Source: Candidatus Woesearchaeota archaeon (GTDB lineage: Archaea; Nanobdellota; Nanobdellia; Woesearchaeales; GW2011-AR9). From it: a stretch of 64,000 nt of DNA. The notes under the pieces are model-generated. The model made no database searches. It was given only the letters and a program-made list of their open reading frames with translations, and was not told where the DNA came from. Position 1 is the first letter of the stretch. The number at the start of each line of letters is the position of its first letter. Where the stretch lies: positions 1,395,771 to 1,459,770 of the forward strand of contig JACPIK010000002.1 of assembly GCA_016188115.1 (NCBI GenBank), written 5' to 3'. Shown one piece after another: positions 55,768 to 64,000 of this stretch. Position numbers and translations under genes: made by a program.

Positions 55768-56295
55768 CTATTTGTGGGGGTTCTCTTGTGCCAATTCAAC
55801 TGAGGTCTTCAATCCCGCTCGTTTTCGGCAGAAGTTTATCCAGAGGTTATAGGTGGGGGCCATCCAAATAGAAAGCATCCCTGCTGATTCAATAGAGTTC
55901 TCAACTTTTTCACGATGAACTTCACCAGTGGTGATATAGTCGGCAATGGCGACAATTCCTGCATAAAACGGAGTTTGAAACGTATTAAACGCAATGAGAT
56001 CTGCAGCACGTTCTCGTAGGAAACGATACGAAGCGTCCTTCACAGCTCCAAATTGATGATACCAATGATCTTGCCATTTGCCATAATAACGTCCTGTCGC
56101 GTAATTGACTCCAAAGCTTTGTGAGCGTGAAGCCAGCATTCCTGTGATTGATAAACCAGAGTATAAGTCTAGGGGAACGCCTATTGCTAATGAATAGCTA
56201 ATACTTGCAAGCCGATCGATCTTTTTGTATTTGCGTTCGGTTTGGGTGACGAGAGAATCAATGGACATTTTACAAGAATTATTTTCCCAGTTCAC
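55768..56295 (-). CDS. hypothetical protein (last gene of a six-gene minus-strand block)
   Basis: 175 aa. Aromatic-rich, no motif. Confidence 0.35.
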   Translation of the reverse strand: MNWENNSCKMSIDSLVTQTERKYKKIDRLASISYSLAIGVPLDLYSGLSITGMLASRSQSFGVNYATGRYYGKWQDHWYHQFGAVKDASYRFLRERAADLIAFNTFQTPFYAGIVAIADYITTGEVHREKVENSIESAGMLSIWMAPTYNLWINFCRKRAGLKTSVELAQENPHK

Positions 56296-56325
56296 AAAAC
56301 CTAAAATGTAATGAGGGTAGGATGT

Positions 56326-56823
56326 TCATTTCTTCCCTCCCAATGCCTCATACACCCAACGAAAAGTCTCTTCAGTAAATTGTCCTCTTTTTGAGTTGAT
56401 GCCGATAGTTTTTCGGTTAATCATCTCAAATTCAATCATGTCATATTCTCTCAGATCATATTCTATCTCTTCGAGGGGGATAAGACCTTCTTGAGTCTGA
56501 CGTTTATACCCTACACTAGCATAGAATAGTCGTTCAAGCTGACTTTGATTAGGGCCGTAAGTATATTTTAAGATTAAACGATCTGGATCCTGGCCAAGAT
56601 CGGGGATTACATCTCGCTCTGCAAAATCACATCGTAATTCATAGCGTTTTATGGAAGGTTCGTGTAGAAACAACCTTCTCCCATTGCGAAACGTCCCAAT
56701 GCTAAATCTACCGTCAACTTCTGTGATGAAAAATCTGCCAATATGTGTTCGGTAAATATCCTCAGTAAGTGCTTCGACAACACGATCATGAATTCTTACA
56801 ATGGTATGTTCTGGGTATTCCAT
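56326..56823 (-). CDS. hypothetical protein (translationally coupled ORFan 1)
   Basis: 165 aa. Start overlaps the upstream stop (ATGA). Confidence 0.4.
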   Translation of the reverse strand: MEYPEHTIVRIHDRVVEALTEDIYRTHIGRFFITEVDGRFSIGTFRNGRRLFLHEPSIKRYELRCDFAERDVIPDLGQDPDRLILKYTYGPNQSQLERLFYASVGYKRQTQEGLIPLEEIEYDLREYDMIEFEMINRKTIGINSKRGQFTEETFRWVYEALGGKK

Positions 56824-57353
56824 TATGGTCTGCCTCCTAAAATATCTTCAAAAAATAGTCTTAGAATACTATCAGCCTGAACAACAGAAAGATTAGATTG
56901 AGCACTGTATTTTCCATCCTGCGTAACTCCAAAAATAAGTCTATGTTTTCTTCTTGAATGTAGGGATAAAAAGATGCTCTGTTTTCCATCACCTGCTAGT
57001 GTTCCATCTATACTATTGTTTTGGTATTCCTGTGACAGTTCAAGAACATACGATCCATCACCACCAAATCTGCATGCAAGATCCACAAGCGATCTAGAAG
57101 GATTAGAATCTTCCATCTCAGGTACAAACTGCCTATGGAAATATTGGGCAGAAAAATGTCCAAATTCAACTATATTCCATTCAATTCCATTTACTTTTGA
57201 GAAGAAACGTCCTACATTATCAATTCTGGAATCAAGAACTTCACGTTGTGGTGCTTGAGGGTCATAATACTGTTGGTTGAGTTGCCTATATTCACTAACT
57301 TTACTGTTTGCATATTGTACAACGTCTTGCAGTGTAGGTTCTATGATTGTCAT
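56823..57353 (-). CDS. hypothetical protein (translationally coupled ORFan 2)
   Basis: 176 aa. Shares start/stop overlaps on both sides. Confidence 0.4.
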   Translation of the reverse strand: MTIIEPTLQDVVQYANSKVSEYRQLNQQYYDPQAPQREVLDSRIDNVGRFFSKVNGIEWNIVEFGHFSAQYFHRQFVPEMEDSNPSRSLVDLACRFGGDGSYVLELSQEYQNNSIDGTLAGDGKQSIFLSLHSRRKHRLIFGVTQDGKYSAQSNLSVVQADSILRLFFEDILGGRP

Positions 57354-57835
57354 TATCTCTCCTCCAATCTCAAAAAATCATCTTCTAAAACATCGAAGAA
57401 TCGAGTTTTTCCAGTTAGTTTCGCGTAAACGCTTTCCATAAAGTGAGAGTAGATTTTCTGTACACGATCTCGGGTCGCATCACCATCATGTCTACTTAGA
57501 AAAGTCTTCCAAATGTCTTTTCCTCTTGAAACACGAAGAGATTCAAATCTTCCCGTAAGGCCATTTTCCTGAGTTTGAAAACCCCATTGGTCTTCTTTGA
57601 CGGGATCTAGAGATATTTCTAATCTTGAATTTCGCATTGGTCTCTCGACACCTGCATTATTGATATCACAAAAATAAGCTCTTAATTTTCTACCATCATT
57701 AAATAAAGTTTTAACCGTGTAATGTCCTGGAAAGCCTTCTGTCTGAGAACCATCTAAAGTAAATTCATTGGTGCCATATTCTACTAAGTATCGAGCAATT
57801 GCTTGTGATGTTTCAGATAATTCTCGCATCTTCAT
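57353..57835 (-). CDS. hypothetical protein (translationally coupled ORFan 3)
   Basis: 160 aa. Confidence 0.4.
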   Translation of the reverse strand: MKMRELSETSQAIARYLVEYGTNEFTLDGSQTEGFPGHYTVKTLFNDGRKLRAYFCDINNAGVERPMRNSRLEISLDPVKEDQWGFQTQENGLTGRFESLRVSRGKDIWKTFLSRHDGDATRDRVQKIYSHFMESVYAKLTGKTRFFDVLEDDFLRLEER

Positions 57836-57838
57836 CCC

Positions 57839-58261
57839 CTACTGTTTCTGCTGGTAACTCTGTCTTACCTTAGAAAAAGATCCAAACAATGCCTCTTGTG
57901 CCATCGTGGCTGCATCGTCTACTCCAAACGTAGGGGTCTCATAGTGCGAGTTTACCAACTTATTCCTTTCAACTAAGCGTTGATAATGTCTGAGTCTAAC
58001 TTCGAGATTTTCTTTGTATGCAACAACGTGCTCAGGCGTTAATTCTCGTCGAATTGTTCTTCTCGATCCTGTCTCCTGCTTCTTAAAATCAACAACTCCA
58101 TTACTCTCTACTCCAAAAGTATACAATTGTGTGAGTGGTAAGTGCATTGTAGCAACTACTTCGTCATTTTTACCTTCTAAATCAGCGCATCCAAGGCGTT
58201 CAAGGATTGTTTGTGTAAATTGTGCATCATACATAATATTCTCCAAAACACCTTTCACCAC
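57839..58261 (-). CDS. hypothetical protein (ORFan 4, first small gene after the binding protein)
   Basis: 140 aa. Confidence 0.4.
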   Translation of the reverse strand: MVKGVLENIMYDAQFTQTILERLGCADLEGKNDEVVATMHLPLTQLYTFGVESNGVVDFKKQETGSRRTIRRELTPEHVVAYKENLEVRLRHYQRLVERNKLVNSHYETPTFGVDDAATMAQEALFGSFSKVRQSYQQKQ

Positions 58262-58298
58262 CAGATATTAAAAAGAAAAAAACTAAAAAAATCAAAAC

Positions 58299-59459
58299 TT
58301 ACCGATACGCCACAGCCTGATTATTCTCAACTTGCTTTACTTCGAATACAGCATATTTCAAATCTCCTTGACTATCAAATTCAATTGTCGGAGAACTGAC
58401 ACCTTTGTACGAAGTTTTATACAATTCTTGAACAATCTTTGCTTTGTCTGTGCCCGCTTTTTGCATAGCAAGTGCCATCACTTTGACAGAATCATAGGCA
58501 AATGGTGCAACGAATCCTACTTCCAAGTTTTCAAATCCTTTGAGGGTGTGAATTTTTTGCGTAAGTGTTTCAGGTACGTCAGATTTTGCAAGCATGTAGA
58601 GTGCACCGTTAGTTTGGCCACTTTTAATGAATTCGTCGCCACTCCAAGCATCGCCTCCAAGCAGAGGGAGTTGTAATCCGGCTTCGTGGGTTTGTTTAAC
58701 AAAACTAACTCCTTGGGCAGGATGAAGTGGAGCAAAGATTGCAAGTGCACCGCTATTTTTCACTTTAGCTAGATCTGTGCGAAAGTCAATACTATCTTGA
58801 GTTACACCACCTTCATAGACAATCTCGCCTCCAAGACTTTCAAATTGTTGTTTGAACACTTTTTGAATTCCTTGGCCCCATTCATTTTGGGCATAAACAA
58901 TGGCAACTTTCTTAGTTCCAAGAGTGTTGTACATGAAGTTTGCTGCTTCCTTACCTTGGAAGCTATCTGATGGATAGACGCGAAACACACGATCGCCAAG
59001 CGCAGTTAATCCTGGAGCAGATGCAGTAAACATCATGACGGGTGTTCCTGCTTGCACAGCAACTGGAAGAGCAGGTCCAGCAGATGCAGAACAAACAGGT
59101 CCTGCGATGACATCAACATTATTAACATTGACAAGTTTTTGCATAGCAGCAACGCCAGCCGCACTACAAGAATCATCTTCTGCAATCAAGACCAATTTAC
59201 GGCCATTAATACCGCCAGCGGCGTTAATTTCATTCACAGCAAGAGTTGCAGCGGCGAGTGCATTTTGTCCAAATGAAGCAGCTTCACCAGTCAATGGGCC
59301 AATCCAGCCTACTTTAATATCGCCTTGGGCAGCAGCTTGTGTCGTTGGTTGGCTTTTCACAACATTTCCTGTCGGCTGTTCTGAAGAGCAACCAGCAATA
59401 AGAAACATCGCTATCACGAGTACACTAAATATGGATAATAATTTTTTCATAGTTGTCAC
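58299..59459 (-). CDS. LivJ/LivK-family (type I) periplasmic-binding-protein-like lipoprotein; no permease genes nearby
   Basis: Lipobox 'MFLIAGCSS'. 'IKVGWIGPLTGEAASFGQN...NAAGGINGRKLVL' matches Peripla_BP_6. Confidence 0.75.
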   Translation of the reverse strand: MTTMKKLLSIFSVLVIAMFLIAGCSSEQPTGNVVKSQPTTQAAAQGDIKVGWIGPLTGEAASFGQNALAAATLAVNEINAAGGINGRKLVLIAEDDSCSAAGVAAMQKLVNVNNVDVIAGPVCSASAGPALPVAVQAGTPVMMFTASAPGLTALGDRVFRVYPSDSFQGKEAANFMYNTLGTKKVAIVYAQNEWGQGIQKVFKQQFESLGGEIVYEGGVTQDSIDFRTDLAKVKNSGALAIFAPLHPAQGVSFVKQTHEAGLQLPLLGGDAWSGDEFIKSGQTNGALYMLAKSDVPETLTQKIHTLKGFENLEVGFVAPFAYDSVKVMALAMQKAGTDKAKIVQELYKTSYKGVSSPTIEFDSQGDLKYAVFEVKQVENNQAVAYR

Positions 59460-59583
59460 CTGTATTAATTACGTAGTGACTAATAATTGTAAAAAATATA
59501 GTTATGCTTATATTTTTGATATAAATATATATTATTAATATTTTGAAGTAAATTTTAAAAAGAAACACCAATATAATCAATAC

Positions 59584-60516
59584 ATGAAACGTAAAGTCGT
59601 AAAACTCGGACCGTCTACACTAGTAATCTCTCTGCCTAGTGAGTGGATTAAAAAGAGTCACATTTCTCCGGGAATCGAGCTTGATGTTGAAGAAGTACAT
59701 CACAACCTATTGATCAAGCCACCCGTCAAACAACATCCTTCCATAACAATAACTCTACATGACGAGGCTGACAAGAAAGCAATTTATTCTCAATTAAGTC
59801 ATCTCTATCGGGTTGGTTTTGATAAGATTACAATTAATTTTACGGAAAGTTCCTCTCTCAAACGCATCCAACATATTGTTTCGCAAAACCTTCTCGGTTT
59901 TGAAATTACCAAGAAAACTGTAACCTCTTGTATTATTGAAAGTATTACTGAACCAACTGACGAAAAATTTCAGGTTTTACTTCGTCGTGTTTTTTTACAA
60001 ATAAAAGAAACACAAGAATTAGTAAGAGAAGATTTTACAGCACACAAAGAGCTCAAAGCAGATGAGCTCGAAGATTTACGCGCCTCGCTTGATCGCCATA
60101 TTTTCTTTTGTCGTCGTCTGATCTCCAAAGGAATTGATATGGGCGAAACACCTCATCTGGTTTGGGAATTGTTAACTTTCTTGATGCATATTCAGCATGC
60201 GTATTATTACATGTATGGGTATTACAAAGAACATAAACAGAAAGTGCATAAAGAGACGTTACACTTGCTGAGTCATCTTGAGCTCTATTTCGATTTTTTC
60301 TACAAAGCCTATTTTGAGAAGAAAGAAGAACATCTTGTAGAACGTCGAAAAGAAAGAATACAAATTCAGCATCTAATCTTTAAACAGTTAGAAAGTGCCA
60401 ACAATCCTAATAAAGTGATTCTGGGCTATCTTCAACAAATCTGTCGTTTAATGCAGGTAGGTATCAGTCCGGTTCATTCTATCTTGGTGGATGAGAAGAG
60501 GAAAAATATAATTTAA
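59584..60516 (+). CDS. phosphate-uptake-regulator-like protein (AbrB/SpoVT N-terminal domain + PhoU-like domain)
   Basis: 'KRKVVKLGPSTLVISLPSEWIKK' is AbrB-like. The C-terminal half is PhoU-like helical repeats. Confidence 0.55.
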   Translation: MKRKVVKLGPSTLVISLPSEWIKKSHISPGIELDVEEVHHNLLIKPPVKQHPSITITLHDEADKKAIYSQLSHLYRVGFDKITINFTESSSLKRIQHIVSQNLLGFEITKKTVTSCIIESITEPTDEKFQVLLRRVFLQIKETQELVREDFTAHKELKADELEDLRASLDRHIFFCRRLISKGIDMGETPHLVWELLTFLMHIQHAYYYMYGYYKEHKQKVHKETLHLLSHLELYFDFFYKAYFEKKEEHLVERRKERIQIQHLIFKQLESANNPNKVILGYLQQICRLMQVGISPVHSILVDEKRKNII

Positions 60517-60517
60517 T

Positions 60518-62215
60518 CTATTTAATATGATATTTTTCCAACAGCTTCAAACTATCATTAAGTCCAGAGAAAGGATTAGCTGGTGGGGCGCCTGTGGGCA
60601 ATCCTTCACAAAGCTTCATCTGGTCTTGAAATGATCCTTTCTCAAGCACATCATATACATTTGGGACTGAACTATGAAGAAGTTGCACAAGAGGCCAACT
60701 AGCATTGTGCATCCTTGTTTGATTTTCTTTTACTCTCCAATCGCCTTCTTCCATTCCCTTTTTCATATTATCTTCACGTTCTGCATTTGCAATTCGATAA
60801 TTCCATACTAAATCTTGACAATGTTTTTGAAAGTCGAACCCGCGTAATTTCCATTCTTGTACTGTCCTCTTCTCTTGTTCATACTTTATGGACATCATCC
60901 AATTATCCATTGGTGGATCGTCTGCAGAGTATGCAAAATTATATGTAAGCATATCTGCATCTATAATATCCCCATTTATCTTGTTCCAGGAAGTTGTCCC
61001 GTTTTTTCTAACAATCTTTGAGACAAGATCAGGGTTGTAAAAAGCTGCATACATCGTTTTCTTATCATTAAATAAATACGAGAGTCCTTCAATTTTTGCT
61101 AATTGTGTGTGCTCATGAATATCGCCGCTTGTTCTTTCACCACCAGCATACATGCGAGCTATACGCATCTTTTGTTCGTAATCAATTTTCTTCTCTTGGT
61201 CTTCCGTTTTTATAATATATGTGCTGGCGCTTAATCCTATGGCGGTAGTTACAGCAACCGTCGTACCCCAACGTATAACTCTTGATAAAGGTCTTGATAC
61301 TTCATACTTTCGTACCGCTTTCTCGACTTCTTTAACAAGTTCTTCACCATCGTTAAGACGGGAGTCTTCATGAACAAGACATCTATGTAACAACTTTCTA
61401 AATGCCTTCGGGATGGGTGTATTACTATTTTCGATTTTATCATACACTAATCCATTCCAAACTCCTGGACTCTGATAGAGAAGATTCACTAACTCAGTTG
61501 CATTTGGTTTAAATTCTCCCTGGGGATCAGTCAATTCTTTTTCTAGTACATACTTGCCTGTAAACATTTTGTACAGCACTGATCCAAAAGACCAGACATC
61601 CATCTTAGTAGTAAGTTTTACTCCATCATCATTAAATCGTTCAGGCGCGCGAGTTAATTTATTGCCACCGCCAATACGCGTTGCGTACCCTGCTGTGGCA
61701 GTTCCAAAATCAAGAAGTTTAACATCTCCTTCACTAGTTAATCCTAAGTTTCCAGGATGATAATCTCCATGTTCTAATCCAACAACTTTATGCAAGTTTC
61801 GCAAGCCCCGTGCTCCACTTCGAGCAACCCGTATAACTTCGTCAAGAGAGAATGGCTTGTCTTCTTGCATACGCTCATAAAGAGTACGATCAACAAGTTC
61901 CATCATAAGATAATTAGTGCCATCAAGACTGCGTCCCGGAAAGAAAGAAACAAGACCCTCAAGTGTTTGTCCAAAACCACCTAATGCTTCCCGCCTAAAT
62001 GCGTCCTCCTGTGAAAGGCCGCGTTGTTCGAGAATCTCTTTAGCTCGTTCCTGCGGGTCTAAAACTTTCACTGCAACCGGTCGACCGGTACTGTCGTTAG
62101 TATATCGATAGACAATCCCGTTTGCTCCTCGATTAATCGGTCCAACGTGAGTATAACCCAAAATTTGAGGTGGTTGGAAGCCTAATATAACTATTATTGG
62201 GTCCAGCGAGCTCAT
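60518..62215 (-). CDS. eukaryotic-type Ser/Thr protein kinase with a C-terminal TM and an unknown domain
   Basis: Gly-loop 'RGANGIVYRY', 'VAVKVL', catalytic 'HGDYHPGNL', 'DFGTA'. TM 'TTVAVTTAIGLSASTYII'. C-terminal ~230 aa unassigned. Confidence 0.75.
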   Translation of the reverse strand: MSSLDPIIVILGFQPPQILGYTHVGPINRGANGIVYRYTNDSTGRPVAVKVLDPQERAKEILEQRGLSQEDAFRREALGGFGQTLEGLVSFFPGRSLDGTNYLMMELVDRTLYERMQEDKPFSLDEVIRVARSGARGLRNLHKVVGLEHGDYHPGNLGLTSEGDVKLLDFGTATAGYATRIGGGNKLTRAPERFNDDGVKLTTKMDVWSFGSVLYKMFTGKYVLEKELTDPQGEFKPNATELVNLLYQSPGVWNGLVYDKIENSNTPIPKAFRKLLHRCLVHEDSRLNDGEELVKEVEKAVRKYEVSRPLSRVIRWGTTVAVTTAIGLSASTYIIKTEDQEKKIDYEQKMRIARMYAGGERTSGDIHEHTQLAKIEGLSYLFNDKKTMYAAFYNPDLVSKIVRKNGTTSWNKINGDIIDADMLTYNFAYSADDPPMDNWMMSIKYEQEKRTVQEWKLRGFDFQKHCQDLVWNYRIANAEREDNMKKGMEEGDWRVKENQTRMHNASWPLVQLLHSSVPNVYDVLEKGSFQDQMKLCEGLPTGAPPANPFSGLNDSLKLLEKYHIK

Positions 62216-62403
62216 TTCCCATCACCTTCCTCTTCCAACATCTTTCTCAATGCATACTCCAACGCATGAGACGTGCTGCGGAATCGACCAGTCAATATTC
62301 CTTCGTCTACTTTACGCAACGTCGCTTCATCAACAGTAATGCTTATTTTTGCTTTCATGTTTAGTGGTGATTTGGTTTTACATAGCGTCTTTCGGGTTAT
62401 CAA
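62212..62403 (-). CDS. ribbon-helix-helix (CopG/Arc-like) small DNA-binding protein
   Basis: 'KAKISITVDEATLRKVDE' is an RHH beta-strand. Its stop overlaps the kinase start. Confidence 0.45.
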   Translation of the reverse strand: MITRKTLCKTKSPLNMKAKISITVDEATLRKVDEGILTGRFRSTSHALEYALRKMLEEEGDGK

Positions 62404-62516
62404 TATCGTATTGCTTCTATCGTTCAGGTCCCGGATGGAGCCTCCCCTTGAACTCTTCTGATGTTTACTCTCTCAACCCTCACCTTTGGACGCTATGTAT
62501 TCTCAAAAGTGTATAC

Positions 62517-62546
62517 TATCCTACTTTATCCTACTTTATCCTACTA
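62517..62546. repeat. 10-bp tandem repeat 'atcctacttt' x3
   Basis: Two perfect units and one degenerate copy in the divergent intergenic region. Confidence 0.8.
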
Positions 62547-62639
62547 TTTTTAAAGCTTTTGCAAATATTCTCACTTCTTAGTGACAACAAAACCAAAGAT
62601 TAATAAACCTCTTATTAATCCAGAATTCCGAAAAGAAAA

Positions 62640-63311
62640 ATGGGTGAACAATTCGATCTAGTTGAACTCAAACGAGAACAAGAACGTCTCAATAGAAAGC
62701 TCATCATAGAAGACCAATTGCCAGAATCTATTACCAAAGTCGGTGCAGCAACCACGATCTCCTTACCCAACAAACTTCTCGCAATCATCGTTGTCTGCGA
62801 ATTCCCTTCCATGAACGTGCTCGAGGAAAAAACATATACACTTCACAATCCCCTTCCCCCCAAAGCAGAATTTCTTGCCTACCGAGAAATGCCTGCAATT
62901 ATTGAAGCATATAATCAATTAGAACAAGAACCTGATCTTCTTTTAGTCAAAGGTTACGGCATCTTACACCCCCGCAACATTGGCGTTGCGTCGCATTTAG
63001 GATTAGTGCTCAACATTCCTACTCTTGGCGTTGCAGATTATCTTGCACTTGGGACCATCGAACAAGACGATCTTATTCTCAATGGTCAACTCTGCGGACA
63101 TACCCTCTTTCCACGAGAACACAGTAATCTACTCTATATCACGCCTGGTCACAAAATTTCTTTTGACACCGCACGCGACATTGCCAAGAAATGTATTCAA
63201 TACCCTCATAAGATGCCAGAACCATTGCATATTGCATTGCGGTTGGCTAAAAAGAAAATGAATGAATTAAGTTCTACTTTGGTTGGACAACAGCCTTTCT
63301 CTAATAACTAA
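62640..63311 (+). CDS. nfi: endonuclease V (deoxyinosine 3' endonuclease)
   Basis: 'LLLVKGYGILHPRNIGVASHLGLVLNIPTLGVA' is the EndoV core motif. Confidence 0.8.
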   Translation: MGEQFDLVELKREQERLNRKLIIEDQLPESITKVGAATTISLPNKLLAIIVVCEFPSMNVLEEKTYTLHNPLPPKAEFLAYREMPAIIEAYNQLEQEPDLLLVKGYGILHPRNIGVASHLGLVLNIPTLGVADYLALGTIEQDDLILNGQLCGHTLFPREHSNLLYITPGHKISFDTARDIAKKCIQYPHKMPEPLHIALRLAKKKMNELSSTLVGQQPFSNN

Positions 63312-63396
63312 AAATAAATAAACTAGTATCTTCTCTCATAACGCATACTAACACAGTTATCTTTGTATTGTGCCTAGTATAAAAAAAGGTGAAAAA

Positions 63397-64000
63397 ATGA
63401 AAACTATTATTGTAGCAGTAGTTATGGTTCTTACAGTAGTTCTCTTTGGTTGTTCACAATCAAACAACAATCCTGATAACCTTATTGATGACCAAGATGC
63501 TCTTTCAGGTCAAGCAGTTGCCAAAAAGCAACCAGTAAGCCCTTGTATGGGAAAAAAAGAAGGTTTTGTTCTGCGTGAATGTCAAAATGGGCAAAAAATA
63601 CTTTGTGAAAAAGGCAAAGTTAAGAGTGTGAGTTGTACAACTGCCCCAGCAACAACCACAAACACACAAAATCAACCCGCAGGTTCTGCCGCATCACCTT
63701 CAAACCAACCTAACGGACCTAATTCAATTTCCATTTCATCCTGTGGAACACCTGCTGGCGGATGGCAAAGAGATACTACCTACACTTTATCTCGAGACGT
63801 CATTGCGCAGGATAACCAAGCTTGTTTTGAAATCACTGCTCTTGATCGAGTAACGATCGATTGCGCCCATCACCAAATATTAGGGCTTGGTTCACAGGAT
63901 GGAATATTCTTAAGGGGAGCAGTTATTAATGATCAACTTCGTCAAATAATTCAACCAACGATTCGCAATTGTGTTATTGCTAACTTTGGGAACGGTATCT
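63397..64000 (+). CDS. secreted lipoprotein-like protein with a parallel beta-helix-type region (3' partial; runs off the window)
   Basis: 'MKTIIVAVVMVLTVVLFGCSQS' signal/lipobox. Thr/Pro/Ser-rich linker. '...NCVIANFGNGI' is a pectate-lyase-like repeat. Confidence 0.45.
   Translation, partial: MKTIIVAVVMVLTVVLFGCSQSNNNPDNLIDDQDALSGQAVAKKQPVSPCMGKKEGFVLRECQNGQKILCEKGKVKSVSCTTAPATTTNTQNQPAGSAASPSNQPNGPNSISISSCGTPAGGWQRDTTYTLSRDVIAQDNQACFEITALDRVTIDCAHHQILGLGSQDGIFLRGAVINDQLRQIIQPTIRNCVIANFGNGI

Overview
This 64 kb window reads as compact archaeal chromosomal DNA at roughly 40% GC, with short genes and many ORFans. The compact, ORFan-rich layout and the LamG-type surface proteins look most like a DPANN-type archaeon. 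The archaeal assignment rests on a run of archaea-specific informational genes: the conserved L44e-S27e-aIF2alpha-Nop10 cluster, ribosomal S15, Pth2, a class I CCA-adding enzyme, proteasome beta next to aCPSF1, XPD helicase, Orc1/Cdc6, UMP kinase, a cis-prenyltransferase and endonuclease V. An archaeal type IV pilin signal peptide and a tRNA-Arg(GCG) that I reconstruct as carrying two introns point the same way. Between these lies a large accessory complement:
- two LamG-like secreted or surface proteins;
- a VapBC pair;
- MutL;
- an AT-rich gene with a possible Shedu-like nuclease signature;
- a translationally coupled panD + adenylate-forming enzyme operon;
- a higher-GC island carrying a soluble histidine-kinase-like protein, two tandem paralogs and a membrane-anchored protein;
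- a cluster of three NUDIX hydrolases with an HD-GYP-like protein and a PEP-utiliser-domain protein;
- a six-gene minus-strand block of five translationally coupled ORFans behind an orphan LivJ-like binding protein;
- a eukaryote-type Ser/Thr kinase overlapping a small RHH gene.
Several non-coding regions carry strong dyad symmetry: two near-identical ~65-nt palindromic modules beside an AT-rich tract, ORB-like dyads upstream of cdc6, and candidate structured RNAs at about 19.0 kb, 38.4 kb and 62.4 kb. No CRISPR array or obvious transposase was found. Every functional call is inferred from motifs read by eye and should be confirmed with profile searches.
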